NCBI RefSeq assembly: GCF_009914755.1
Contig: NC_060947.1
Strand: one strand, 5' to 3'
Origin: the human T2T-CHM13v2.0 reference genome, Homo sapiens
DNA length: 64,000 nt
The position numbers and the translations under genes were made by a program. A model generated the notes under the pieces. It worked only from the letters and a program-made list of their open reading frames with translations. It had not been told where the DNA came from and did no database searches. This document shows, in pieces, positions 15,401 to 30,031 of this stretch. The first letter of the stretch is position 1. Every line of letters starts with the position of its first letter.

Positions 15401-16586
15401 CTGCCCAGGGATAAACCTGATAGCACACCCAGGGTCTTGAAGACTTGTAGGACTACTGCCAAATGGCATTTTCTTCTTCAGCTTTAAAGACCCTCATCTA
15501 CATGTGAACACTGTGACTATGTTCCTATGAGCAAGGCTCACGTGGATATAGAATGGCAGAATCATGTGAAACTAAAATGATGCTCGTGTTTTTATTTCCT
15601 CTATGTGACACCTGCCACTCAAAGTTCTGTCCCGCCTAACCTGTGAATATCCAAATCTCCACTACCTTCCTACATCCCCTATCAACAATTTCCTTTGAGT
15701 TTCTATACCTAGTAGGTGAAATCAACTGAAATGCATCATATGGAGAATTATGAATGCTTTGTGAAAGTCTCAGTTGAGCCCAAAAGAGGAAGCAACCTGG
15801 GGGTATGGGAGCCACTTTAATGTGTGGAATCTGATGGAGGCTGTTGCTAGGCTTTCTGATTCCTGACAGTTAGCCCCTCCTCACTCTGCTGGAAACTCTT
15901 AGAAATACAAGTGAAGCTAAACTGTCACTCTTTTGTCAGAAGAGAAGAGAGCTCAGGGTGCTAACAGCCCTGCATGGAAGCCTGGAAAAAGAGGAAAGGA
16001 TGTGAACTAATCCAGCTCTCACATATTCAGTTTATCCCAACATATGCTAGATATTGCCTTAGCCATGCATTCATTCTTTCTACAGTTACTGAACATCTGC
16101 TTTGTGCCAGCCAGGCACGGAACTGGGCTCCAGGGCTATAAATATGAATTGCAAGGATGACCCCTCTGCCCTATCAGCCAAGTGTCACTTCCTGAAATAA
16201 TGTGTTCATAGCAGTGCTGAGTTAATTATAGCGTGTTTAAAAATAAAAGTGAAAGGTAAGCCTAAGACCTATTTGTAATACCCATGGAGCTTCCAAAGCC
16301 AGCTAAGATAATTGGCTTAGATCAGCCTTAGCAACTGGTTTAGTATTACAGTTTTCAAAGGGAAGAAACTAACTTAATTGTACATTCCAATGTGGCTAAA
16401 AACCCATCAGTGGCTAAACGGTGGGAAAAATTTTAGAAATGACGGAGGCTAGAATGGTAATTCAGATTTAAAACTTTTACAGCTAGTCTGAGAAAAGAGG
16501 AAACCAGAAAGCATCACTTTAATTGGTATCACAAACAGAATCTGATGCTTTTCATAATCAAGCCAGGAAAGCTTGGTAGCCTAGCC

Positions 16587-16822
16587 CAGGGTTTCTCAAA
16601 CTTAGAACTATTGACATTTTGGCTGGATACCTCTTTGTTGTTGTGGGTGAGTGTTGTCCTCATCTTGTGCATTGTAGACGTTCATCACCATCCCTCACCT
16701 TCACCCACTTGATGTCAGTAGGACCTTCCCCAAGTTGTGACAATTTAAAATGCCTTCAGACATTACCAAATGTCTTCCAGGGGGGAGGGGCATGCAAAAG
16801 TAGTCCCCATTGAGACCCACTG
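16587..16822. mobile_element. MER20 (hAT-Charlie)
   Basis: gtttctcaaactt...actattgacattttggctggata...gttgtgacaa...cagacattaccaaatgtc...ttgagacccactg. Confidence 0.85.
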
Positions 16823-17625
16823 TCTTAGCTCATCACTGCCATCTCACTCCAAGGCCACATGAATGCAGTCATTGGACAGAAGAAAGAAAGATCAGATCTG
16901 GGCTATATCACCAGGGGACAAATTCAAAGGAAGTGAAGCATAGGAAAAGTCATGTCATTTTCCCACTATGGTCACAGAGCAACTTGGTGAAAAAAACAGA
17001 AGTGAAATCCAAGTTTCCTGGCTCTAGTGACCCACACTGTCATGCTAATGGAGATAATAATGATAATGAATTGGGTAATAATTCTAAAACTCTGTAACAA
17101 CAAACTTCAGCAGTAGATTCTACCAGCACTTTTTCCCAGTGCCCAATCTAGGTTTTGCAAAATACTCAAATATTCACATATATGTTTTCCTGTCTTTCTA
17201 AATTTGTTTTTTCTTCTCAGACAGTTCAAATTATACAGCTGTCACTGTCTTCCTGAAGTCTGCCATTTTTGCATTTTGCTCTTTTCTAGCCAATCCAGAC
17301 ACTGCCAATATCTCAGGTTCCCTGCACTAAAGTTAGGGGGAGCCTGAATGAGGGGAAGGACAAGTAAGGTGGGTCAAGGTCACAAGAAATCTGGGTAGAC
17401 TGCTAATAGCTGCCAGACAGGGCTAGCCTTAGATGTGGTCCAGATAAGTAGTCATCTACAGTTTTTGTGGTACACAACATTTCACTATTAGAGGTGTATT
17501 TCTTTGATGAGAACTGTTAGTAATTTGCACCTGTGTGTATGTGTTTATTAGATCACTGTTCTCTGAGATAACTACCAGAGAGCAGGGCTCCTAGAAATTA
17601 AGTTTATGTTGGAGCAGTAATACTA

Positions 17626-18420
<795 letters not shown>

Positions 18421-20945
18421 CTATTTTTCATCTGGTTGGCCAGTCCTGGGGCTCAATTATGTGCCACTTGGTCATTGCTTCTGGATAAGATTATTCTCTC
18501 GAGGACCATTTGGATCCCTGTGGGATTTTGCTTTTCAGTACTTTTCCCACCTTCCCTTCCTTCTGCCTGATTTAGAGTTCTATGGTCTTTAGGCTGCAAT
18601 GGAGGAACCAGATAACTGAATTAGGGTCTGCTCTGCCAATTCAAATACAGCCGGATCAGACAGCTTTTAACTCTTGACATACATCGTGGAACAAGTGGCA
18701 GGAAAGGAGCCTAAATGAAAACAAGGTTGCTGTCCCGGCTTCCAGCTGAATGGACTTCCTGGCCTGGTAGCTTGGAAGGAGGCAATATCTGAAGAGGATC
18801 AGGAGCAAAGTTGTTTTCAGTGAGTGAAGGAGAAGGAAGACAACTTATCAAGACCCGCCCCTACTATAAGGGGTGAGAGGGAAAGAGACCTCGCCACAGA
18901 GTTACAGGTTGTTCCCATTTGACTTGGGTAACATGTCCAGCAGTGTGTTAGTGCGCGCTTTTCAACTGGGATGCATCAGCCAGGTTTAAATGGATAGAAT
19001 AAAATAAGGAGTGTCTAGTCTCATACCCTATACTTGTCACTGAGAGAGCACTGATCAGTCACTTTTCCCACAATCAAAATGGGAGGCAACTTTCCAACCA
19101 GGAGAGGTTATCTCTGGAATGGCTATTAAGAAAAGCTTCCTTGTCCTTTGCTGGATATAATCCAAAAAGCTTCTCAAAGTTCTGAAATAGATCAGGATCA
19201 GGCACTCCCTACCTTGCAGCAGGAACATATAGCTGTAAGGACCTTTCAAGGTCCCTTTTGGAACAAGTAATCTTGTAATCAAGACGCTGAGAGTCTTTCC
19301 AGATCTAGTTCTTCAGCTCAGCTCACAAATGGTTTTCACAGACCCCTCTGTCAAAAATCAACCACTTTCCTCCCAACTCCATTAATCTGCCATTGCTTTC
19401 TGGCCTGTTTCTCTATTGGGCCGGCTAGAGACCACACTGCAGCTTGATGACAGCACTGTGAATGTCTCCAGCAGGCAGATGGTGGAATATGTTTCAAAAA
19501 CTTCTCCATGATTCACCACCATTACTTAAAGTTATATGTGGTGGTGTAGAGGACTGGGAAGGAGGTTGGGGGACCCAAAGCAGGGGAAGCGCAGGAACTG
19601 GCTGTATGGGGTCATCGCCACATTGCCAATTTTAGACACTGACAGGAACAAGCAGCAGAGGCACTAAGTGTCTCAGGGTCTCAGTCATGAGCCCTTTCAC
19701 AACCATTGTCAAACAGTGCCTGACACAGAGCAGGCAGTCCATTTCAAGTTTGTTTAGTGAAACCCATTTCATAGAATCATTCAATTTCCAGATGGGTAGG
19801 GAACTTAATGAATCATTTAATCCAACCTTCTTGTTTTACATATGGGAGAATTTTGCCCAGTAAAGGAGGAAGTGATTTTCTTCAAGTCACAGAGTAAGTT
19901 AGCAAGCAGCAACATCAGAACCTGAAACCTGATCTGCAGATGCCTAGGCCAGTACTTTTCTACCACACAATGTTAAACTACCCCCTCTCCATGACTTTAC
20001 AGGTGGGAATATGGAGAGGAAGTGATTTACTCAAGGGTGAAGGGCTAGTGAGGTACACTGGCCAGATCAGAGCCCAGTTATTTGATTCTTAATATAATGC
20101 TCTTTTTTTACTCAACCACAATTCCCCTATTGATACATATGTATTTTGTGCTACGTGTTTTGTGCAGGAAGGGAGCAGAGATCGTAAATTGCAGGTGCTT
20201 ACTCTGGAATGTTAGGGCTTGGGAAGAAAGTGCCCTGAGCTGGGCCCCTGGGAATTAGGCTTTGTGGCTGAGAATGGGAGAAATGAGAGAAAGATGTGAT
20301 GAGGGATTGAAAGGCAACAGGGGGAGAAGTGGAACTAGTTTTGAGTAATTGCTGTTAGACAGCAGGTATGGTTGGCCGCAATGAGGTAATGCCTCTGCTT
20401 GTTGTATTAGAGTTTGTAAGATTACAAAAAGTGCAAGCAGCCCTCCATTACAGACTCATTTCCTGATGAAGCAGCCCAGGCCAGAGGAGGAGAGGAAACA
20501 AGCTGACAAACAGTTATTAGCTGTGTCATCACAATCCCTTCCAAATCCATTATTATATGTGCTCTGCCCAACGGTCTTCTTAGGTTAGTAAGAAAGATAT
20601 TATCCTAAATTTACAAATGAGCAAATTGGGCTTCAGAAAGACAAGCGACCTACCCAAGGGTACACAGTGATTCAACGGCAAAGCCATAATTTCTCACTTT
20701 TCTTTTACCTGAAGCCTTCCCCTACAGTATTACCCCAAAAGTATTACAATTAAAAGCCTCCATGATTTCCCATAGAGATTTTCAAAAAATATTGAAGACA
20801 GAAGGAAACCCAATTTCTCCAGACATAGTGCAAACACCATCAGGGCAAGTATATAATTTCTTTCAATCTCAGCACTTGTAGTCAAAACTAACTCCGAATG
20901 TCCCTCATGGACATCATCACCTGGAGATGAAAAGTCCCAGTATGA

Positions 20946-22229
20946 AGCAAAAAGAACAAATCTGGAAGCATCATACTACCTGATTTCAAACTATACTATA
21001 AGGCCATAGTCACCAAAACAGCGTGGCACTGGTATAAAAATAGGCGCATAGACCAATGGAACAGAATAGAGAACCCAGAAAAACCCAAATACAGCCAACT
21101 GATCTTCAACAAAGCAAACAAAAACATAAAGTGGGGAAAGGACATCCTTTTCAACAACTAGTGCTGGGATAATTGGCTAGCCACATGTAGGAGAATGAAA
21201 CTGGATCCTTATCTCTCACCTTATACAAAAATCAACTGAGGATGGAATAAGGACTTAAACCCAAGACATGAAACCATAAAGATTCTAGAAGATAACATTG
21301 AAAAAACCCTTCTAGACATTGGCTTAGGCAAGGATTTCATGACCAAGAACCCAAAAGCAAATGCAATAAAAACAAAGATAAATAGCGGGGACCTAATTGA
21401 ACTAAAGAGCTTTTGCACAGCAAAAGGAACAGTCAGCAGAGTAAGCAGACAACCCACAGAGAGAGAAAATCTTCACAATCTATACATCTGACAAAGTACT
21501 AATATCCAGAATCTACAACGAACTCAAACAAATCAGTAAGAAAAAAAAAATCCCATCAGAAAGTAGGCTAAAGACATGAATAGACAATTATTAAAAAAGA
21601 TATACAAATGGCCAACAGATATATGAAAAAATGCTCAACATCACTAATGATCAGGGAAATGCAAATCAAAACCACAATGCAATGCCACCTTTCTCCTGCA
21701 AGAATGGCCATAATCAAAAAATCAAAAAACAGTAAATGTTGGCATGGATGCAGTGAACAGGGAACACTTCTACACTGGTGGTGGGAATGTACACTAGCAC
21801 AGCCACTATAGAAAACAGTGTGGAGATTCCCTAAAGAACTAAAAGTAGAACTACCATTTGATCCAGCAATCCCACTACTGGGTATCTGCCTAGAGAAAAA
21901 GAAGTCATTATTGCAGCGACCTGGATGAGATTGGAGACTATTATTCTAAGTGATGTAACTCAGGAATGGAAAACTGAACATCATATTTCTCACGGATATG
22001 TGGGAGCTAAGCTATGAGGATGCAAAGGCATAAGAATGACACAATAGACTTTGGGGACTTTGGGGACTTGGGGGGAAGGCGAGGGATAAAAGATTACAAA
22101 TACGGTGCAGTGTATACTACTCGGGTGATGGGTGCGCCAAAATCTCACAAATCACCACTAAAGAACTTACTCATGTAACCAAATATCACCTGTACCCCCA
22201 ATAACTTATGGAAAAATAAAATTTTTTAA
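20946..22229 (+). mobile_element. 5'-truncated L1PB-like LINE-1 with TSD and an internal deletion near 21911
   Basis: ORF2 C-terminus ([18 protein letters not shown]) and L1PB1-type 3'UTR (aaatctcacaaatcaccactaaagaactt). TSD aaaagtccca(g/a)tat at 20930-20943 and 22229-22242. Confidence 0.92.
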
Positions 22230-22580
22230 AAAGTCCCAATATAACAACCAGTAGGAGGGGCAGAGAACTTAAGGCAGAGGAACGGACTATCTCTGTGTAG
22301 TGCCGTGACTACAGTAGAAATGAGGGGAGGGGTTGTAATATATGGTTGTCCTCACCTGTGACAAATGAAGCTGTTAAATTAAACTACAATACTATCAACT
22401 ACTGTCACCATGATTTCAGTTTAAAAGCGACGTTTTGAAGCCAAGACATAGGAAGACAAATTCTCAAAATTCAATTTAAATTAAATGTGTTTAGCTTTAG
22501 AAAAACTCATTGTCCTTCAGAATTTAGATGAAGTACTTTCAACTTTAGGAAAAACGCATAGTCCTTATTTCATTTATGAC

Positions 22581-22694
22581 TAGGGTGACCAACTATGTCA
22601 GTTTTCCTGGGACTCAGGGGTTTCCTGGGATGTGGAATTTTTAGTGATAAAACCAGGAAAGTCCCAAAAAACCTTGGATGAAATGGTCACCCTA
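22581..22694. mobile_element. MER81-like hAT-Blackjack MITE, 114 bp
   Basis: TIRs tagggtgacca / tggtcacccta and 8-bp TSD tttatgac / tttaggac. Confidence 0.85.
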
Positions 22695-23619
22695 TTTAGG
22701 ACTAGAGATGTTGTGGGCTAGCACAATCCGTGGACAGCAGGTTAAGAATCACTGCCACAGATAATTCTCTAATATTCTCTTTTCAGGACTCAAACAATAT
22801 AAAGTTAAAAGTGACTATGGAATTAAACATTGAAGATATGAAGCTTATACACTTTAAATGCAAACCTTTCTAAATCATCGACTTGACTTGAACGCAATCA
22901 AGAAAGAGATCTCAGAGATCCAATTACTTAATAGCTTCTGAACACAATATGAGTCTCAGCCCAACTTCCCTTGTGGCTGGATAGAGAGGCTGCAGGGCAC
23001 ATGGAGTCTGTTCACACACTGCTTTATGTTCACATGTGGTGGACAGTGAAGTGTATTCTAGAAAATGCTTTTAGTTATGCCACCTGCAATGGAGTAATCT
23101 CCTTCATGACAACCCTCCAAAGCAATCCAAGTTCATTCCCAGAAACCGGTTAAGTCGCTTTATATTTACATAACTAGAAATCACAAACAATGCTATATTT
23201 TATTCTATCTTAATTCCTGTTGTATACTTCATGTATGTAACAGCTTTGTTTCCCTGTCCTGGAATATCCAGCCAAACAGCCACACTGGATTTCAGGAACC
23301 AAGAACTCACCCTGATGCTCTTGTAGAGTGGTCAAGTTACCAGGCATTGATAGGATTGCAGTTGAACCTCTCTCTTTAGGTGTCACATTATCCCTCATTC
23401 CTCAGGTTTTTAAATCTGCTAGATGGGCCGCAAGCCTGTTTCCGAGATTGGTTGTATGAGATGCAGTGGATGTTGCCAGAAAGTTGTAATAAATAGGATA
23501 AAAATATGAGTTCTGTTCTGAATTTGCTATCCTTACTAAAGCCTAATGTTTGCTCATCTTTAGAGATAATGCTAGCCATTCTAGCACAGCCTCGTGGGTA
23601 GAAGTCACCTCAACCTATA

Positions 23620-23815
23620 TGATGCAGGAAACCCACCTAAACCATACATGGCAAATGGTTATCTCCATTACTTTTAAAGAACTCTAGGAAAGGGAAATCT
23701 ATAATATCTCTTAGTAGCTTAACAACTCTCACCGTCAATAAATAATTTGTTATATGCCTTTATAAACTTTTCTTGTTGCAACCTAAGGCCAGATCCTTTT
23801 GTTGGGTCCTCAGAG
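23620..23815 (-). mobile_element. Possible L3/CR1 fragment
   Basis: Weak similarity to the CR1 3' region (ttaaagaactctaggaaagggaaatctata...actctcaccgtcaataaa). Confidence 0.35.
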
Positions 23816-26774
23816 GTAATGGAGAACAGCTAGCCACCATCTTCCAAATGAGAGCCCTTCATCAACTCAGATTGCTAGCAGGAGACCTTTAGCCTTTTTC
23901 CCCATAATGAGCATTCTCCCTCTCCCTGTGGTGTCCAATTGCCAAGCCTTTAATCATTTGTTCTCACTTTTTTCACTTTCTTGTATACCTACTAATGTAT
24001 GGGCACTTACAATGAAGTATCAATGAAAGTGAAACGTTGCTTTTATATTTCTCTTGGTGGAGAAAAACAAAGCTATTCCTTCCTGTATCACCTCCTCCCC
24101 AGTACCCACAGAAAAAGACACAAATCCTTTTGTTTCCACTTGAGCTTGTTGTGCAACTTCTGAGTTAAGGAAAGCACTGCCTTTCCCAGGGTAAGAGGGT
24201 ACAGGCAAAACAGTAAGCAAATTAAAGACTAGAACATGAAGTGGTAAGAAAGGGAGTCAGTGACTTAACAGCTGCTGAGGGAAACATGCCTGCAAGACTG
24301 CTGGTTTAGGACTGGTCTGTGAAGAGCAGCTTTCTTGGCACTGGTGTTGGCAAAGGAACGTGAACAGGCCTTTCTCCTCACGCCCCCAGACAGTGTGCAT
24401 TGTCTTCCTGCCAATCCTGTTACAAATACATCTTACTCAGAGTTGAGACTTCCCTAGGAAATGAATGAGATATGCAGGCATATGTTTCCAGTGGGTAAAT
24501 AGAGTCCTGCTCCAGAGAAACGTGTTGGACCGATGTGACTCCTTATATCAAGTTGGGTATATAAGCAGCCTGACCATGCTAGATCTTTCTGTTTCAGACA
24601 AAGCTTCAAAAAAAAAAAAAAATACTGCTACTCCCCAAACATTTCTCTCCTCATGTTCTGCTACCTGTCTCCCTCAGGGGTTTCTTCTCCTCTGGCTATC
24701 TCCATTATGAGAAGTGCTCTGAGTTCTCCTGTGCCTGAAATCATCTCATGATGTACTCACTCATCTTGGTGACTCTAAGAAGATCTCTCTTTTGACTTGT
24801 GTCTTTTATTTCAAATTCCTCAGATTTCATGTTTGCTGAACTTTTTTCTGGGCCTTCTTCTTCCTTCCCTCCTTTTTTAGTTTGGGGTAGAAAGACCAGC
24901 AAAACTGTGTTGGGTGAGTTTATGTGTTTATTTGCATCTCTCCATCCAGAGGTGGGAATGCTCACAAGCAGGTAAGGCATTAAAAGGCAGGAAGCCAGAG
25001 ACTAAGTGGAGAGAAAGGACTAACTGAGCAATTGATAACTTTGAAATGATCAACTCTAAATAAATATATTTGACCATGCAGAGACAAAGAGAGCTCATAA
25101 AAAGAACCTCCACATCAGGCCCTGGGCTATTTCCTTTCTCCAGAGTTTGAGACTGGAAAGGTAGGAACTGGAATAACCTCCCCAAATTTCATATGAGCTT
25201 CTCTCTCCTTCCCTCTCCCCAAGATGCTGCTCCTTGAGCTCCCCATCTATCCTATGATTTTAAAAGTGAGGTACCAATGAGAGATCTTCATCTCAGTTCT
25301 TATTCTGGCTAGACAGGTGCCATCATCTTCAGTGATAAGCTGGTTGGCTACGAGTTCTATCTCACACTCTCAGCTGGTTAGAAACTACCCCTATCAAGAT
25401 CCCTGGCAAGACATTGTTAAGCCCTAAACCCCAGCCCTGTTATTGTTGCCCATTAGTCTCTCCACTCCATTGTATAAGCTGGGAATAAAATGTCACCACA
25501 GCTGACCACTTCTATTGAGTGAATCTGGCCCATATGGGAAGAAGATGGGCTGATTGCTTTTCCAATCACTTCAGAGAAGTTGAGAGGCAGCATGGTATAT
25601 CAAGAATGTTTGTCTCAACAGAATCACTTTCAATGCTTGTTCAGAATCACTTTCAATGCTTGTTCAAAATGCAGACTATGTCACCCCCTCCTTGATTCAC
25701 TGAATTCGAATTTATGGGAATTCATATTGTTAAAAATCCTCAATTTATTCTAATGGGAACTAATGATTGAGGAATACTGTTTTAGTGGAAAAGTCACAAT
25801 TTTGGAATCAGATCAGAGACAGAGTCCTGAGGTCTGCCCCTTACAGGCTATATGCACATAAAAAGATCACTTAAAACCTCTGAGTTTTGGTTTCATTTAT
25901 AAAATGGAAATGATTAAGCATAAAATTCAAGTGAAACATCTGCACTATACCTAACACCAGAGTAGGTATCAATTCTCTCCCTTTCTACCAGAAAAGACCC
26001 TATTCTCTCATAAGTAATGGAAAAGACTTGAAACCACCTAAGATTTAGAACATCTCTCCTTTCCCCTTTCTCTCCCCACAACCACTCCATGGGTGATTTT
26101 TCCTCACCCCTAGGCTTCATTCTATTTTCAGTTCCCCACCACAAAATGAAACCACTTGGCCAAGTGTTCTTTGCAAGAATGGATTTATAGTTTAAGTATT
26201 TCAGGTTCTTCTGGAAATTGTCATGCCTTGGCACATAGTAGGAACTCATAAATATTTACCAAATGGATGCATTCTTTTATTTCCAGCCTGAGAGGCCTCA
26301 ATATTTGCATTTCAGTTTAACTTCATTACCCCATTTCCGTCGCATAACCCCTTAGATTTAGGCAAATCCAGGAGATCAACCTACCACATTAGCAAACCGG
26401 ATCCATTTTTACTTGTATAGACAGGTCATAACAAAATCACTCTCTCCACTCCCAGAAACAGGCACTTCATCTCCTCAGGTTACCAACTCCCCTGGGGAAA
26501 CCAACTAGCACTTAACCCTTAGGTCCTCAAATCTTGTCAATATGAAATAGGAATCCAGCCCTGATTCATCTTAGCCTCTGTGCAAACAACGGACTATGAA
26601 GAAATAAAAAAGCACCAGGCTGCCCTCGGGTAGAAAACGGCTTCTCTGAGCTTTGAGATGAAAGGACAGGAAACCTGAGAAAGGAAGGGGAGAAGGGGGG
26701 GCTGAGCAAGGGGAGAGCAAAGCAGTTTCTTATCCAGCTGTTTGAATTGCATTTGGCCCAAGTTGCATATTTAC

Positions 26775-26885
26775 CTTCTGACCACGAAGGCTGACTGACT
26801 TGTTCCCTCTCTTCAGGCTCAGATCTCAGAAACAACTTCTCCTTACAGCTTGTTAGACAAGGATGGGAATACTAGCTGCCCTTTG
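26775..26885 (-). other. LHFPL1: Candidate non-coding first exon of LHFPL1 (5' end approximate)
   Basis: Exon 2 starts at a splice acceptor, so an upstream exon is needed. Donor CAGAAG|GTAAAT at 26773-26774 lies just downstream of a GC box and CpG cluster. A second possible donor AAAG|GTAAAG is at 26911-26912. Confidence 0.6.
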
Positions 26886-26899
26886 CAGTGATGCCTGAA

Positions 26900-27072
26900 A
26901 ACCTTGCTTTACCTTTGGGAGAAAGGGGCGGAGTCCAACCTAATGGGGATTAACTCCAAACACGCTGGAGGCTTCAAACCCAGCCTCAGACATACAGGCA
27001 CTTGAAATAGAAAGTAGCTTAGTGGGCACAGAGTCCCCAAACCTCCAACCTCACAGCGGACAAAGCAGCTCT

Positions 27073-27103
<31 letters not shown>

Positions 27104-27200
27104 CGTGTGTGTGTATGTGTGTCCGCGCGAGCGCGCGCGCATGCGCGCAGGCATGCCCGCGCTTGAACTGCGTTATCTTACTTCCTCACTTGCTGCCCAA
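26900..27200 (-). promoter_or_regulatory. Putative LHFPL1 promoter: Sp1 GC box, NRF1-type palindrome, (TG)n(CG)n tract
   Basis: GGGGCGGAGT at 26925-26934 and GCGCATGCGC at 27137-27146. This is the densest CpG cluster in the window and sits next to the candidate exon 1. Confidence 0.6.
27072..27149. repeat. Compound (TG)n/(CG)n alternating purine-pyrimidine microsatellite
   Basis: tgtgtg...gcgcgcgcgcgtgtgtgtgtatgtgtgt followed by gcgcgcgcgcatgcgcgca. Confidence 0.95.
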
Positions 27201-28946
27201 AAGCCTGCTGAGGAACAGAGATTTTCTCTAATTTTCCTCCAATGCCCTAGATAATCTCTACCATGGTAGGTAGCAGACCCATGTGGCTAGAAGTGACTGA
27301 GAGAACACATGCCTAAATAGAATAAGACAGAACAACCTCTTCTCCCCAAACTGATTTCCATTGCCTGATGGGGAAGATGCTCCAGCAGAGCAATCTTTGG
27401 CTCCAAGATGTAATGAGCTTACATTTCAGAATTTGTGGAAATCATACATTGAAAGGAATAACTAATATATTTTTATAGTAATAATACAATCAAAAGTCAG
27501 TGTTTAATTTATCCCAGTGCACTAATAACTGCTACTCTGCTTGGGAAAAGAGCTGAGTGGTCTGGAGATGAATGGAGCTTTGCCTGATGTTCTACTCCAA
27601 CCCGATGTCATATTTCCCACCTGTGAATGTCCCTGACACTTCATATTTGGGGAAACTTATTATCTTCTACCTAGTATCATTATTATTATTATTATTTTCG
27701 TACATGTCTCTTTTCCCCTCCTAGATGGCCTGTGAATGGGGAACTTTGCTGAACAAATCCAAATGATTTAGAAGGAAGAATGGTTACATTAACAGAGCAC
27801 ACTGGACTGATCCAAAGTATCCATGCTTCTCTGATGGCCCAGTTCCCTCACCAGAATGCTACAAAGGTGATTAGGCCTATTTTCTAGCATGTTGTGGCAA
27901 TAATTCAAAATATGACCGTAAATTAACATATTAATTGTACCGTGATTATTTAATGAACTTACAAAGTTTCTCCTGCCTTCTGTGTATACCACCTGTGTCC
28001 TGCCTTTTATCAGTGATATGATCCTATATTCATGCATGTATTTGTCTATCTAGCAACTTTCCATCAGCAATTTTTACCGTTTTGTTCTACAACACAGTGA
28101 TAAATCCATTCCCATCTGTAATCATGGCTTACTGAGGCCATCATGTTTCTGGGGGAAGCACAGATGACTCCTTAGGTGGAATGTTAGACTTTTGGCAGTG
28201 TAAGCCCCCCAACTAAGTTTTATAACCTCCCAGCTGTCATTCCCTTAAGAACCATTGCTTCAGACATAGGATTATGTAAAAAGAAATGTTAGGCCCTCCT
28301 TCATTAAATATAGGTTAATATTAACTGACACGTAGTAACTGTGTGAGATACGGCTGAAAATGTTGACATATAAAAAATAGATGATCCCCACTCTATGCAC
28401 AGCAGTAAATATTGCCCTTTGCTTAGTGACTACACCTGTCATTTGGGGAACCTATCATTATTTGAAACTCTAAGAAGAATACCATTTTACTTTCCTCTTT
28501 TATCCTCTTTTCTCTATAGACACTTAAGTGTATAATAAATAATAATCTAATTTATTGGACAAAATTTTATTTCCTGTTCTTAACAGTTGAACGCTCTCTC
28601 AGAAAAAAATTGCTTGCATCTTGTGGCTCTTGATATGTTTTCAATTAAAAATGCTCTTCAGCCTTGCTTTCGTAAGATTATGTGGAAAGGCTTGAGAAAG
28701 GAACACTTCTTGTAATGTATTTAGGGGACAGGATGGTGCTAAAATGGGTATTGGAAAGGAAACTAGGGAATACCTAAATCCTGCCTTCAATCAGTCTGGA
28801 ATAAGAGATTCTGCAAGGGTAAGATATGGGTAACAGGTGATTCTGATATATACCCCCATCCCCATCCTTCATTTGCCAAACACTGTTGTATACAATAGCA
28901 TTTCCCAAATGAGATGAACACCCCCACAGCATTTTGCAGTCTAGAC

Positions 28947-29170
28947 AAGGGGTCAGCAAGCCGGAGACTGTGCATGCCAAATCCAGTAGGCTGTCTGTTT
29001 TTGTAAAGTTTTATTGGCACACTCCCACTGTTTATTCACTTATGTATCATCTATGGCTGCTTTCATGCTACACTTGCAGAGTTGAGTAGTTGTGACAGAG
29101 ATCTTATGGTCCACAAAGCCTAAAAATATTTACTAAGTGACTCTTTACGGAGAAAAGATGTTGACCCCTG
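28947..29170. mobile_element. MER58A (hAT-Charlie)
   Basis: ggggtcagcaa...gtttttgtaaagttttattgg...gcagagttgagtagttgtgacagaga...ttgacccctg. Confidence 0.88.
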
Positions 29171-29803
29171 GTTAAACACACATCAGTATATTATAGTAGA
29201 GACATTGTGTTGATTACGAGGAGAAAGAGGTTGGAAAGGAAGGGAAAATTGTGAAATAAAAATAAATGCTGCTTGCTGTCAGCTTTGTTAAGGTGCCAGT
29301 TAACCCACACTAGTTAAAATCTATTCCCTGTGAGTTAGCAACACACAGGAATTCAGCTAAGCCAAACATTTGGTAGTTTTATGAAAATATATTTTTCTGT
29401 TAATTATCCTTTGAACCTCTGTTGATGTTGTTTTCCAACATATTTTAAGTTATTTTTTCCTCTTTTGTCAGAGCGTCTTCTTCTCTTATTAGTATGTTCT
29501 GTTCTAGTCTTCCAAGACAGAAGCATTTATTTTGTAAAAAAAATCATTTCTAGAATCCCATTGCCCTTGAACTTCGGGAAATTTGTATATATGTGTTTGC
29601 AAATTTAAAACCATGTGAACTCCATGACCTGTCACCAATACAGATTGGATATGGAAGGTACTCCTTGCCTAAACTATAGTTTCAGTTATAGATTGAAAAC
29701 CTAGAGATGAAACTTATATTTCTTTAGTATATAAAAATGAGAACCAATAACTCTTTTGTTGAGTTTCCTTTTTGACCTCGAAGGATGAACTGATAGTGTT
29801 AAG

Positions 29804-30031
29804 CAGTGATGTGGTGTGTTGGTAAACATTTAGTAACTGGCTTCAGGAGGTGGGAGGTGGAGGGCTGCAAAAGAGCCCTGATTTGTGGCATCTGCTGATT
29901 GCCATAGTATAAATACTCCCATCACAGCCAATTTCAAGCTACCAGCTTGACATCAGTAAAAGTAGAATTGGGAAGAGATACACACAATCGATTCTTAGAA
30001 GCTGCTACAAGCCAGCTTCAGCATACCACTG
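29804..30031. mobile_element. MER63-like hAT element
   Basis: cagtg...tggtaaacattta...aaatactcccatcacagccaatttcaagctacca...agcataccactgg. Confidence 0.7.
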
